From assembly GCA_038128265.1 (NCBI GenBank), contig JAYPJE010000026.1, positions 1-56,894 of the forward strand: DNA of 56,894 bases. Reading direction: 5' to 3'. The notes under the pieces were generated by a model. It saw only the letters and a list, made by a program, of their open reading frames with translations. It did not search any database and was not told the DNA's origin. The stretch is from Gemmatimonadota bacterium. Lineage in GTDB: Bacteria; Latescibacterota; UBA2968; UBA8231. Shown one piece after another: positions 7,206 through 17,008 of the stretch; the first letter of the stretch is position 1; each line of letters begins with the position of its first letter. The translations under genes were made by a program, and so were the position numbers.

Positions 7206-8036
7206 ATGGAATTGGCAGGTAAGCGCGCTGTGGTTACGGGCGCGGGGCGCGGCATTGGTGCGGCGATCGCAGAGGCGCTGGCCGCGGCCGGTGCGCGCGT
7301 GGCGCTGCTGGCGCGCAGCGACGACGAACTGCGCGCCGTGGCCGACGGCATCGCCGCGCGCAGTGGCGAGGCGCTGGTCGAGCGCGTAGACGTGGCCGAT
7401 GAGGGCTCGGTCGATGCGGCGTTTGCGTCGATTCGCCGCGCGTGGGGTGGCGTCGATATACTCGTCAACAATGCCGGCGTGCAGGGTGCTATCGGTCCTC
7501 TGCACGAGGTCGATGTGGCCTACTGGTGGCGGGCCGTAGAGGTCAACCTAAAGGGATGTTTCCTGTGCTCGCGCCAGGTGCTGCCGGGTATGATCGAGCA
7601 GCGGGGAGGCAAGATTATCAACCTGTCCGGCGGCGGTGCCGTGAGTCCCAGACCGTTTTTTAGCGCCTACAGTGCGTCCAAGGCCGCCGTCGTGCGTCTG
7701 ACCGAAACGCTGGCGGCCGAAGTGCGCGACTACGGAATCGACGTAAATGCCATTGCGCCGGGGGCGGTCAACACGCGGATGCTGGACGAGCGTCTGGATG
7801 CTGGTCAGCGCGCCGGCCAGGCCGAAATCGAGGCCGACAAAAAGCTGGTGGCCGATGGAGGAACCGATCCTCAGCGTCCAGCGGCGTTGGTGGTGTATCT
7901 GGCTTCGACGCGTTCGGACGGGCTCAGCGGCCGGCTGCTGGCCGCGCTGTGGGACCCGTGGGAAGGACTGGACGTGGAGGCGGTTATGGCCAGCGAGGCC
8001 TACACGGTGCGGCGCTTGAAGATGGAAGGGGAATGA
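7206..8036 (+). CDS. SDR-family NAD(P)-dependent oxidoreductase
   Basis: TGAGRGIG, NNAG and YSASK motifs. Confidence 0.95.
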   Translation: MELAGKRAVVTGAGRGIGAAIAEALAAAGARVALLARSDDELRAVADGIAARSGEALVERVDVADEGSVDAAFASIRRAWGGVDILVNNAGVQGAIGPLHEVDVAYWWRAVEVNLKGCFLCSRQVLPGMIEQRGGKIINLSGGGAVSPRPFFSAYSASKAAVVRLTETLAAEVRDYGIDVNAIAPGAVNTRMLDERLDAGQRAGQAEIEADKKLVADGGTDPQRPAALVVYLASTRSDGLSGRLLAALWDPWEGLDVEAVMASEAYTVRRLKMEGE

Positions 8037-9061
8037 TGGCATATAGAGTGGGTATCGTCGGTGCGGGTTTTATCGGGTGTAAGCGCGCGGAGGTAGCGCG
8101 GGCACACGCCGACTGCAATGTGCACTTGGTATACGATCTGGATGAGCGCGCGGCTGCGGCTCTGGCATCGGCGTGTGGTGCCAAGGTGGCCGCATCGTGG
8201 CAGGACGTAGCGGCGGCCGATCTCGATATCGTCGTTGTTGCGACCACGCACGATGCGCTGGCCCCGATCAGTGCGGCCTGTTTGCAGGCAGGCAAGCACG
8301 TGCTGTGCGAAAAGCCGATGGGGCGCCATCCGGCAGAGGCTCGGCTGGCCGTAGAGGCGGCGGCGGCGGCTGGCAAAGTGCTCAAAGCGGGCTATAACCA
8401 CCGCTACCATCCCGCCGTGCAGCAGGTATTTCACGCCTGCTCCTCAGGGCGGCTGGGCTCGCTGATGAATATCCGCGGGCGCTACGGGCACGGCGGTCGA
8501 CCCGGATATGACCGCGAGTGGCGCGCCATACCCGAAAAGGCCGGCGGCGGCGAGCTGCTCGACCAGGGGGCGCACCTGATTGATCTGGCCAAATGGCTGC
8601 TGGGCGATTTTGCCGAGGTGAGCGGCTACGTGGAGACCCATTTCTGGGATATGAAGCCGCTCGAGGACAACGCCTACGGGCTGTTTCGCACCGCCGCTGG
8701 GCAGGTGGCCTCGCTGCACGTGAGCTGGACCCAGTGGAAAAACCTGTTCAGCTTTGAGGTCTACGGCCGCGATGGGTACGCCATTGCCGAGGGGCTGGGG
8801 CGCTCCTATGGTCCGGAACAGGCGCGCATAGGTCGGCGGCGTCCCGAAGGGGGGGCGCCCGACGAAGAGATCGAAGCGTTTACCGGCGAGGACGCATCGT
8901 GGACGCTGGAATGGGCCGATTTTTTGCGCGGCGTGGACGGGAGTGGGGTCCCCTACGCGCTCGGAGGGGAGGCGTTGCAGACCTTAGAGTGGGTGTACCG
9001 GCTGTACGAAGCATCTGAGCAGCGGCGCGCGGTCGACAGCGATTTTTATCCAAATGTATGA
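8033..9061 (+). CDS. Gfo/Idh/MocA-family oxidoreductase
   Basis: GIVGAGFIG, HVLCEKP and GGGELLDQGAHLID motifs. ATG 8033 overlaps the SDR stop codon. Confidence 0.93.
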   Translation: MMAYRVGIVGAGFIGCKRAEVARAHADCNVHLVYDLDERAAAALASACGAKVAASWQDVAAADLDIVVVATTHDALAPISAACLQAGKHVLCEKPMGRHPAEARLAVEAAAAAGKVLKAGYNHRYHPAVQQVFHACSSGRLGSLMNIRGRYGHGGRPGYDREWRAIPEKAGGGELLDQGAHLIDLAKWLLGDFAEVSGYVETHFWDMKPLEDNAYGLFRTAAGQVASLHVSWTQWKNLFSFEVYGRDGYAIAEGLGRSYGPEQARIGRRRPEGGAPDEEIEAFTGEDASWTLEWADFLRGVDGSGVPYALGGEALQTLEWVYRLYEASEQRRAVDSDFYPNV

Positions 9062-9129
9062 TTTAAAAAGAGTTGCGGCTTTTTTAAAAATGGCATTTTA
9101 TAAATTTTATGCCGCGCGCATTTTTTTCT

Positions 9130-9159
9130 TTGAAAAGTACAAGTAAAAATGCGTACATT
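9130..9159 (+). promoter_or_regulatory. Putative sigma70 promoter
   Basis: TTGAAA-18 bp-TACATT in an AT-rich intergenic region. Confidence 0.4.
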
Positions 9160-9225
9160 AGCGGTCATGCAAACGATGTCAGGCACAATTTTATCATTCT
9201 TTTGCTATTTCTCTAGGGAGAAAGG

Positions 9226-9570
9226 GTGTTCTATAGCACAGATCGATACGCTTTGCCACAGCCAACGATCACACTTGGGGAGAGAACTAGGAGGGCAGGT
9301 ACGTTGATAGGAAGTGCTGCGAGACAAGACCAAGATGCCGCTCAATCAGAACGCGTTGCGATGGCCTATAGGCGTTTGGCCAACGCTATGATTCTCAGTA
9401 CCTTACGTGAGATTTCCAAAACGGATGGAGTCGATGAAGTCGACGAGGAATTGCCCGAGATTTCCTTTGTTGAAAGTCGACGCATCGATCCCTGGTGCGA
9501 GCTGGCCGGTATTGAACCGGAAGTCGTGCGGCGCGCTGCCAGGCGCTTGGTAGACGAGAAGCCGTTTTAA
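9226..9570 (+). CDS. Small hypothetical protein (start uncertain)
   Basis: Stand-alone ORF between an AT-rich promoter region and a terminator. C-terminal RRLANAMIL...WCELAGIEPEVVRR looks protein-like. Confidence 0.6.
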   Translation: MFYSTDRYALPQPTITLGERTRRAGTLIGSAARQDQDAAQSERVAMAYRRLANAMILSTLREISKTDGVDEVDEELPEISFVESRRIDPWCELAGIEPEVVRRAARRLVDEKPF

Positions 9571-9586
9571 CGAGAATAGAGCGAAG

Positions 9587-9623
9587 AAAAGCCCCCCGGA
9601 GATCCGATCTCCGGGGGGCTTTT
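9587..9623. terminator. Bidirectional intrinsic terminator
   Basis: AAAAGCCCCCCGGAGATC-C-GATCTCCGGGGGGCTTTT between convergent genes. Confidence 0.9.
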
Positions 9624-9637
9624 GCGTTGGTGCCACT

Positions 9638-11743
9638 CTAGCGGCCCGCGCTCAGTCCCTTGCTGCGCGCGTAGTTCAGCAGGCCGCGCACGACCTTTTC
9701 GGCATCGCGGTGGCGCAGCTGCTCGAAGCGCAGTGCCCACACGTGGTCGCGATAGGCCATATTGCGCATTTCGATCAGGACCTTCACATCGGCCGGATTG
9801 TTTCGGAGCACGCCCAGTCCCTGCCCGCGCGCGCGCGCGCCGGCGCCGAGTGAACTGAGCAGGCTCTGGGCAAAGCGGCGAGAAGGTTCGTCCCGCCGCG
9901 GGCGGGCACGGCCCTCGTAGTAGAGCACGAGGGGTGCTTCGGGCGCGTTGTGGTCGATGTCGGCGTGAAAGGAGAGAAAAACGCGTCGGCCGCGCGGTGC
10001 GTTGGCAAAGGCCTTGCGCGCAACGTGCACGCGCGTCGAGAGGTTGCCACCGCGCGGCCAGTCGCGCACGCGGTTGCCGCGGTTGTGGTCTAGCGAATTG
10101 TAGACCTCGTTCTTCTCGTTTACAAAGGTGGCCGACGGCGGTTCGTTGTGGCGTATGAGATGGTTGGGGCTGAGCAGCGTCATGGTGACGGTGGCCCCGT
10201 GCAGGCGCAGCAAGACGTAGATGCGCAGGGCGATGTCGTATACGTACTCGTCTTCGGCCACGTAGAGTTTATCGCCGTTGCCATCGATGGTTTGCACGAC
10301 GGCGCCGGGGTCGAGTCCGCCGTGGCCGGGGTCGAGCACGATGTGCCAGTCCTCGAGATCGTTGCTGAGGCGGCCTAAACTTTCGACCTTGCGCTCGAAT
10401 TGCTGCCAGAGTTTGTCTGCCGTGCGATAGGTTTTAAGCGGCGAATGTGGGTGGTTCTCGTAGTAGTTTTTGCTCTGCTGGCTGTTTGCCTTGGGTCGCT
10501 TTCCGTAGTAGGGGCCGTTGGCCAAGTCGAATGTGCGCGGGTGGTCTAGCTTGAGCGCGCTCCAATCGATCTCGGAAATTTCAAGCCAGCGCAGCGGTCG
10601 AACAGTGAGCTCGTCGCCCGGGTGGATAACGCTGCTCTCAATCTTGTTGAGCGTGCGCAGTTCGGCCAGGCTCATTTGATGGAGGCGGGCAATTTCGCCT
10701 AAGTAGTCGCCGGGGCGCACCGTGTAGGTGGCGTACTGGGGCGCGGTCGCTCCGCTGAGCTCTAGCTCCTGCCCGGGATAGATGCGATCGCTGCGCAGCC
10801 CGTTGCGCTCTTTTAACTGCGCTACGCTCATGCCGTAAGCGCGGGCGATTTCCCACAGTGCATCGCCGCGCTGGACGATGTGGACCGCACTGGAAGCCTG
10901 GCGCAGATGCAGCTTCTGGCCCGGATAAATGCGGTCGCCGTCCAGGTCGTTGATGCGCTGCAGCGCCGACAGTTCAATGCGGTAGCGCTGGGCGATTTCC
11001 GACAGGGTTTCACCGGACTGCACGACGTGCACGGCCTCGTGCAGCTGCGTCGGGCGCAGGCGCAGCGTTTGACCCGGCCGTATGGCATCGCTTGTCAGAT
11101 CGTTTATGCGACGCAGCAGGTCGAGGGCGATGTCGAAGCGCACGGCAATTTCGGAAAGCGTATCGCCGCGCTGCACGGTGTATGTGGCGGTCTCCCCATC
11201 CGCAACGGGAGGAGTTGGCGGCGCTTGAATGCGCAGCGTTTGTCCTGCCTGTATGGCGTCGCTGCGCAGGTTGTTCCATCGCCTGAGGTCGGCCACGCGC
11301 ACGCCGTGCCGTTGGGCGATGCGCGAGAGGGTGTCGCCGGAGCGAACGAGGTAGGTGTCTTGGGCGCTTGGAGTCTCGGTGGCCGTCGCGCGCAGATACA
11401 GCTTTTGGCCGCTGCGAATGCGGTCGTTTTCGAGGGCGTTGAGGGCGCGCAGTTCCTCTTGCGAGCGTGCAAAACGCGCGGCAATCTTCGATAGGGTATC
11501 GCCCGAGCGCACGCGGTACCAGTCGCCGCCCAGCCACAGGCGCAGCCGTTGACCGGCATAAATGCGATCGCGATCAAGCTTGTTCCAGGCCGATATCTGG
11601 TCGATGCGCAGGTCGTAACGCTGGGCTATCTCCGACAGTGTATCGCCCGAGCGCACTACGTGCACAACGGCCTTGGCCTCGGTCGCCGCTGCGGCTGCGA
11701 CGGGCAGACAGAGCAGCGCAAACAGGTAAATAGAGCGCACCAT
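9638..11743 (-). CDS. N-acetylmuramoyl-L-alanine amidase (Amidase_3) with seven N-terminal LysM domains
   Basis: Signal peptide, then 7 repeats of (Y/H)xVxxG(D/E)xLxxIA...N.L....I..GQ.L. Amidase motifs LDPGHGG, E, SFHAD and LIE. Confidence 0.92.
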   Translation of the reverse strand: MVRSIYLFALLCLPVAAAAATEAKAVVHVVRSGDTLSEIAQRYDLRIDQISAWNKLDRDRIYAGQRLRLWLGGDWYRVRSGDTLSKIAARFARSQEELRALNALENDRIRSGQKLYLRATATETPSAQDTYLVRSGDTLSRIAQRHGVRVADLRRWNNLRSDAIQAGQTLRIQAPPTPPVADGETATYTVQRGDTLSEIAVRFDIALDLLRRINDLTSDAIRPGQTLRLRPTQLHEAVHVVQSGETLSEIAQRYRIELSALQRINDLDGDRIYPGQKLHLRQASSAVHIVQRGDALWEIARAYGMSVAQLKERNGLRSDRIYPGQELELSGATAPQYATYTVRPGDYLGEIARLHQMSLAELRTLNKIESSVIHPGDELTVRPLRWLEISEIDWSALKLDHPRTFDLANGPYYGKRPKANSQQSKNYYENHPHSPLKTYRTADKLWQQFERKVESLGRLSNDLEDWHIVLDPGHGGLDPGAVVQTIDGNGDKLYVAEDEYVYDIALRIYVLLRLHGATVTMTLLSPNHLIRHNEPPSATFVNEKNEVYNSLDHNRGNRVRDWPRGGNLSTRVHVARKAFANAPRGRRVFLSFHADIDHNAPEAPLVLYYEGRARPRRDEPSRRFAQSLLSSLGAGARARGQGLGVLRNNPADVKVLIEMRNMAYRDHVWALRFEQLRHRDAEKVVRGLLNYARSKGLSAGR

Positions 11744-11883
11744 ACGCGGTATTGCTGCGATTTAAAGGGGGATACAAATAGCTTCAGGGGGGTGTGTAAG
11801 TATAGTATTTTATTGGCGATAGCGCAAAGTGTAGACGGGTTTGAGCTTGCTCTGGGATGCCGTCAAATATAGTTTTGGATGCC

Positions 11884-13278
11884 ATGAGTGAACTTCTGCG
11901 ACAGCTGCCTTCAGTCGATCTGATTTTGGCCGCCGAGGACGTGGTGGTGCTCTTAGAGCGCTACCGACGCGACGTGCTGGTGCGCGAAGTGCGCAGCGCG
12001 CTGGCCGACTGGCGCGCGCGGCTGCAGCGCGGAGAGGCGCCCTCCACGCGCGCGTTGCTGTTGAAGGGCATTTGCGCTGATGTAGTCGATCGCTGTTGCG
12101 CCTGGGAAACGCCGAGCGTGCGCCGCGTCATTAACGCAACCGGTGTGGTGCTGCACACTGGATTGGGGCGTGCGCCGCTGGCCGCTGCTGCTCGGCAGGC
12201 GCTGCAGACGGCCGCCCACTATGCCAACGTGGAGCTCGACCTGCCCAGCGGCCAGCGCGGCGAGCGCACGGCGCACGTCGAGGCGATGCTGTGTGCGCTG
12301 TGCAAAGCCGAAGCCGTTGCGGTGGTCAACAACAACGCCGCCGCCGTGCTCGTAGCCCTCAGCGCGCTGGCGCGCAACCGCAACGTGCTGGTTTCGCGCG
12401 GACAGCTCGTGGAGATCGGCGGCTCGTTTCGCATACCCGACGTCATCGAGTCGAGCGGCGCGCGTATACGCGAGGTCGGCACGACCAATCGCACCCACTT
12501 GCGCGATTACGAGGCAGCCATCGACGAGCAGACCGGAGCGATTCTCGTGGTTCACCCCAGCAACTACCGCGTGCGCGGATTCACCGCTGAAGTCGCGCTG
12601 GAAGAGTTGGCGCAGCTGGCACGGGGTCGCGGCGTGCCGCTGATCTACGATCTGGGCGGTGGCGTGCTGGAAGACCTCGGGCAGTGGGGACTGCCGGCTG
12701 AGCCGGTGGTCGCTGACGAACTGGCGCGCGGAGCCAATCTGGTGACGTTTAGCGGTGATAAAGTGCTGGGCGGTCCACAGGCTGGTATCATCGCCGGTGA
12801 TCGCGCGCTGGTCGAATCCATCCGCACGGATGCGCTGATGCGCGCCCTGCGCTGCGACAAGCTCACCTATGCTGCGCTGGAGGCGACGCTGGCGCTTTAT
12901 CGCTTGAACCCCGACGCCCTGTCCCGTGCGCTGCCGGTGCTCGGCATGCTGAGTCAATCGGGCGAAGCGGTCTTGGACCGCGCGCGTGCGCTGGAATCGG
13001 CCTTACAAGCCGATTGGGCATCGGCCCTGCACGTCGAAGTGGTGCCATCGCGTGCGCAGGCCGGCAGTGGGGCCCTGCCGCTAGAGGAGTTGCCCAGCCA
13101 TGCAGTCGCGCTGTCCCTGTCGAGCGGGGGCGTGGAGGATTTGGCGCGTAGGTTGCGCACGGCCGATGTGGCCGTCGTTGGGCGCATCGAGCGCGAACGG
13201 CTGCTGTTGGATATGCGTGCGGTGGCCGAGGATGAGATTGCAGCAATCGTCGATGCGCTGCGCGCGGTGCTGGCATGA
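11884..13278 (+). CDS. selA: L-seryl-tRNA(Sec) selenium transferase
   Basis: LRQLPSVD, VINATGVVLHTGLGRAPL, VEIGGSFRIP, EVGTTNRTH and FSGDKVLGGPQAG motifs. Start could be 11857. Confidence 0.96.
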   Translation: MSELLRQLPSVDLILAAEDVVVLLERYRRDVLVREVRSALADWRARLQRGEAPSTRALLLKGICADVVDRCCAWETPSVRRVINATGVVLHTGLGRAPLAAAARQALQTAAHYANVELDLPSGQRGERTAHVEAMLCALCKAEAVAVVNNNAAAVLVALSALARNRNVLVSRGQLVEIGGSFRIPDVIESSGARIREVGTTNRTHLRDYEAAIDEQTGAILVVHPSNYRVRGFTAEVALEELAQLARGRGVPLIYDLGGGVLEDLGQWGLPAEPVVADELARGANLVTFSGDKVLGGPQAGIIAGDRALVESIRTDALMRALRCDKLTYAALEATLALYRLNPDALSRALPVLGMLSQSGEAVLDRARALESALQADWASALHVEVVPSRAQAGSGALPLEELPSHAVALSLSSGGVEDLARRLRTADVAVVGRIERERLLLDMRAVAEDEIAAIVDALRAVLA

Positions 13279-13694
13279 AGGCGCTGCTTATCGTTGGGCT
13301 GCTGCTGTGCGGCTGTGGAGGTGAGCGGGCCGAACCGGTCGCCGCCGAACCCGTAGACGAAGGGCAAATGGGGGAAGCGGTTGATGGCACAATCTATCTG
13401 CGCAACGAAGCGCCGTACGCCATTGAGATAGCCTATGTGCACACCGACGCGCGCGGTAGTTTGCAGGTGGTGCGCACGCAGGTAGACGCGGGTGCGCGCG
13501 GTGCCGTGTCGGATGCGGTGCTACAGGCAGGTCTATCGCTCGAATTGGACGTCGTGCTGCAGGTGCCTGCAGAAGTCGGTCCGCGCGTGCGGCGCAAGGC
13601 CTCGGTGCTCATCGACGGCGACGTCGAATTGCGCGCCTATTTAGCCGTGGCTGAAGATCTGTTTTCTCTGCAGGTGGAGCCGGTGGCAGAGTAG
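13275..13694 (+). CDS. Putative lipoprotein
   Basis: MKALLIVGLLLCGC lipobox-like N-terminus. Overlaps the selA stop codon. Confidence 0.7.
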   Translation: MKALLIVGLLLCGCGGERAEPVAAEPVDEGQMGEAVDGTIYLRNEAPYAIEIAYVHTDARGSLQVVRTQVDAGARGAVSDAVLQAGLSLELDVVLQVPAEVGPRVRRKASVLIDGDVELRAYLAVAEDLFSLQVEPVAE

Positions 13695-13705
13695 GGGGGC
13701 GCTCG

Positions 13706-14740
13706 CTACACGAACGTATCGTCGGCGGCGGCGCGCACGATGGTAATTTGTCCCTGCTCTTCGAGCTGGCGTACCTTCTGCACGATGCGCAGCTGGATGC
13801 CTTCGACCTCGCTCAAGCGCATGGGCCCGAGGAACTCCATTTCCTCTTCGACAAAGGCGCGCACGCGCTCTGACATATTGTCCAATAGCTTGTTTTTGAC
13901 TTCTTCGCTGGCCGTCTTGAGGGCGATGACCAGGTCGCGCTGCTCGACCTCGCGCAGGATGACCTGAATTTCGCGATCCGTTAGAATGTGGATGTCGTCA
14001 AAGACGAACATCATGTTGCGCACGTGCTCGGCCACTTCTGGGTCCTGTGCGTCGAGTCGCTCGAGGATGTGCTTTTCGACGCTGCCGCCCGTCAGGTTGA
14101 GCATGTCGGCGACGACCTTGGGGCCGCCCACGTCCTTGTGTCCGCCGAGAATGTCTTTGAGGTTGGTCTCCAAACTCTCTTCAATTTGCTTGAGCACGGA
14201 AGGCGTTATGTTGTCCAGCGTGGCGATGCGATAGGCCACTTCCGACTGCACGCTCTCGGGCAGCTGGCCCAGAATGCCGGCAGCCTGCTCGGGGTCGAGC
14301 TGCGATAGGATGAGGGCCACGGTCTGCGGGTGCTCGTTGGAAATAAACGGCGCGAGCTGCTCGGGCGAGACGTTTTTCAGCATGTAGAAGCCCGAGGTGG
14401 TATTGGCCGTAATGCGGTTGAGTATTTCTTGGGCGCGGCGCGGACCGACGGCGCGCTCCAGGGCGGCGCGGGCAAAGTCGACGCCCCCTTGGTTGACCCA
14501 TTCCCCTGCCAACAGGTGCTGTTCGAATTCCTCGAGCACGCGGTCCTGGACGTCGTTGGGAAGGCTCTTGAGCTCGGTGATGATATGCGTCAGATCCTCA
14601 ATTTCGAAGTCGGCCAGGTATTTCATGATGTCGCCGGCGGCGTCCTCGCCCAGGGCAACCATGAGAATAGCCGCCTTCTCGCGCGCGGTGAGTTCGTCTC
14701 CGTCGCCCAGCGTATATTTTTTTTCGTTCGAATAGTTCAT
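13706..14740 (-). CDS. fliG: Flagellar motor switch protein FliG
   Basis: KAAILMVALG, EHPQTVALIL, GGPKVVADMLN, MFVFDD and NMSER...GPMRLSEVE motifs. Confidence 0.95.
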   Translation of the reverse strand: MNYSNEKKYTLGDGDELTAREKAAILMVALGEDAAGDIMKYLADFEIEDLTHIITELKSLPNDVQDRVLEEFEQHLLAGEWVNQGGVDFARAALERAVGPRRAQEILNRITANTTSGFYMLKNVSPEQLAPFISNEHPQTVALILSQLDPEQAAGILGQLPESVQSEVAYRIATLDNITPSVLKQIEESLETNLKDILGGHKDVGGPKVVADMLNLTGGSVEKHILERLDAQDPEVAEHVRNMMFVFDDIHILTDREIQVILREVEQRDLVIALKTASEEVKNKLLDNMSERVRAFVEEEMEFLGPMRLSEVEGIQLRIVQKVRQLEEQGQITIVRAAADDTFV

Positions 14741-15032
14741 GCGGTGTGCGCTCCGAAACTATGTGCCGCCGGCGGGAATGATTTGCCGCTGTTCTGCCGC
14801 CGTAATCGGCACGTAAATATTTATAAGTTGCTGATTAATAAATTGTTAAGGCGATATAGGTCGCACTTGTCAGTCTATTATAGCGCATATATCTGCAAAA
14901 TAGAGGCCATGCTTTTTACGCCTTGCGCTATCGCGGGGAAGGATGTATCTTAAAGCCGTATTTATTATGGAATTACCCCTTTTTCCTCCCGTATAACTCC
15001 GCTCCTCCCCGGCACCAACGCGGCGAAAGTCC

Positions 15033-15866
15033 ATGGGTGCTGAACCATTTGCTTTTACTCAGGCCGAGGCGCTGCTATCGCAGTTAGACGCAGCGCAATC
15101 GGAAGCGCACAGGTGCGTTCTCGGCGAGTACCTGAAAAATCCGTTCCTCGACGACGACGTGCACGCCCTGGCGCTGCGCACGGGCGTGTCGCGCGAAGTG
15201 CTGGCACCGGTATTGGCCGAGATGCGCGACGCCGGTCTGTTGCAAAGTGCCGGTCGGCGCGGCCATATGCTGGATGCGCAGGCCATTGGTTTCACGCCCG
15301 CGGGCGCAGGTGATGTCCCGCTGCCAGCTGCTGTGCACGCCGAAGCTGCGGACGATCATCCGGCGCTGGCGCTGGCGCCGCTGCTGGAAGCGCTGCCCTG
15401 CGGCGTTGCCCTGATCGACTGTGCCGGAGACACGGTGCTGGCCAACGAGGCGTTCGGCCGCGTGCTGGGGCTGTCGGCCGAGGCGCTTAATTCGACGGAT
15501 ATTGCCGAGCGCTTGGGATGTGATCTGCGCGTCGAGGCCGGCGGCGAGCCGGTCGTTATGGACCTTGAAAAAGGCGTGCGGGTGCAGCTGCGTCCGTATC
15601 GCACGGGATCCTTTGACGGCGTCCTAGTAACGATCGGTGCGGCGGATATGGGATGGGAGGTGTCGCGCGCTCAGGTGCAAATCCAAGAGGAGCTCTTTGC
15701 CCAATTGCGCAATGAAGTGGCTGGCCCTGCCGCGTTTTTGCAATCCTTTCTCGATAAACCAAAAAAGTCCGATTTGGGCGCGGCGCGTGCGGCGGTTGAA
15801 CGCATCAATGCCTGCCTAGCGCTGTTTATGCTGGACGATCCACCAGACAGAGACTCTGTCTCTTAG
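15033..15866 (+). CDS. Hypothetical signalling-type protein: wHTH-like N-terminus, PAS-like domain, HisKA-like helix
   Basis: LALRTGVSR...L.EMRDAGLL (HTH-like), LLEALPCGVALID...ANEAFGRVLG (PAS-like) and QLRNEVAGP. Confidence 0.6.
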   Translation: MGAEPFAFTQAEALLSQLDAAQSEAHRCVLGEYLKNPFLDDDVHALALRTGVSREVLAPVLAEMRDAGLLQSAGRRGHMLDAQAIGFTPAGAGDVPLPAAVHAEAADDHPALALAPLLEALPCGVALIDCAGDTVLANEAFGRVLGLSAEALNSTDIAERLGCDLRVEAGGEPVVMDLEKGVRVQLRPYRTGSFDGVLVTIGAADMGWEVSRAQVQIQEELFAQLRNEVAGPAAFLQSFLDKPKKSDLGAARAAVERINACLALFMLDDPPDRDSVS

Positions 15867-15878
15867 CGAGGTGTTGCC

Positions 15879-16955
15879 ATGGTAATGGACATTCGCCATT
15901 TGCGCGACGAACTCGCCGGGCGAGACGGCGGTGAGGAAACCTTTCCCGCGGTAAATGAACAGACACCGGGTTTGATGGACTGGCTGGTAGAGTGTGCCGC
16001 CGCCAGCGATCCGGCCAACCAGGCCCGCCTGGTGGCGCAGCTGCGCCTCTGCGTGCCGAGCGACGAAGGCATCGCCCTGCTGCGCGAAGCGGTTGAGGCG
16101 GGGGATACCCGATCCCTGCTGGCTGCGCAGGCGTTGGGGCATCATCGACCGTGGTTAGACACGGCGGTGGGCGTGCGCCAGCACGTGGCCTTGGTGCATA
16201 GCTGTGCTGATTCAGCGGTCGTGGCCGCGCTGGTCTGGGGGCTGCGCCAGCGCGATGAAGCGGCCGATTTTATCGCTCATAGCGATCCTGCGGTGGCGCG
16301 CGAAGCGGCGTTAGCAGCGCCGGTTAGCCGCCGCACACTTTCTCCCATTCTGGCCGGCCTTCGCGCGGGTATTCGGCCGGAGGTGGAGCGCATTTTGCTC
16401 CACAAGCTGCACCAGATACACCCCTCTTTAGTGCGCTATCTGGTCGACCTGCTCGTAGAGGGGTCGTGGGGCGAAGAGGCATTGCGCTGTCTCTTTGCTT
16501 CGTTGCCACAAATGTCTCTCTTTGAACTCTTCCTGGATACCCGCCAGCCGGCTTCATGGGCGCTGGGTGATGCTGAAGGTGCGCGCCTTTGGCAGCGCCT
16601 GGTGCGCTTGGTTTCTAGCGTGTTGGTGGAAAAGCCCGGCTGCGAGCTGCTGCGACATTTGCTCAGTCGCAGCGGCGACGACGAGGCATTTGCGCGTCGT
16701 CACAGCGCGCTGTTGCGGGATGCTGTGCGCCGTGCTGATGCCGATTCGGGCGCCAATTTGGTCGGGCACTTGGAACGCCTGACCTTTGGTGCGTCCGAGG
16801 ATAAAGTCGCGCGCCTGGCCCAGGCGTTGGTCGACCTGAGTGCCCGTCTAGACGGCGCAGCGGTCGACAAGATGCATTCGCTGTTAGAGCAGTGGAAGAG
16901 TCGCTCAGCCGATCTCAAGCTCAAAATTTACCATCTCGAGCAAGGAATTAGCTGA
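15879..16955 (+). CDS. Hypothetical alpha-helical (HEAT-like) protein
   Basis: 358-aa Ala/Leu-rich ORF with GAGG RBS, co-oriented with the upstream gene. Confidence 0.65.
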   Translation: MVMDIRHLRDELAGRDGGEETFPAVNEQTPGLMDWLVECAAASDPANQARLVAQLRLCVPSDEGIALLREAVEAGDTRSLLAAQALGHHRPWLDTAVGVRQHVALVHSCADSAVVAALVWGLRQRDEAADFIAHSDPAVAREAALAAPVSRRTLSPILAGLRAGIRPEVERILLHKLHQIHPSLVRYLVDLLVEGSWGEEALRCLFASLPQMSLFELFLDTRQPASWALGDAEGARLWQRLVRLVSSVLVEKPGCELLRHLLSRSGDDEAFARRHSALLRDAVRRADADSGANLVGHLERLTFGASEDKVARLAQALVDLSARLDGAAVDKMHSLLEQWKSRSADLKLKIYHLEQGIS

Positions 16956-16975
16956 GCAGGGGATGCGATCTCCCG

Positions 16976-17008
16976 CGGCCGTCCGGAGCGCTCCGGACGG
17001 CCGTTTTT
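16976..17008 (+). terminator. Intrinsic terminator
   Basis: Perfect 28-bp palindrome CGGCCGTCCGGAGCGCTCCGGACGGCCG followed by TTTTT. Confidence 0.85.

Noticed and set aside
11857..13278. Selenoprotein, SECIS or tRNA-Sec near selA
   Set aside because: I saw no selB, selD or selC, and no gene that looks truncated at an in-frame TGA.
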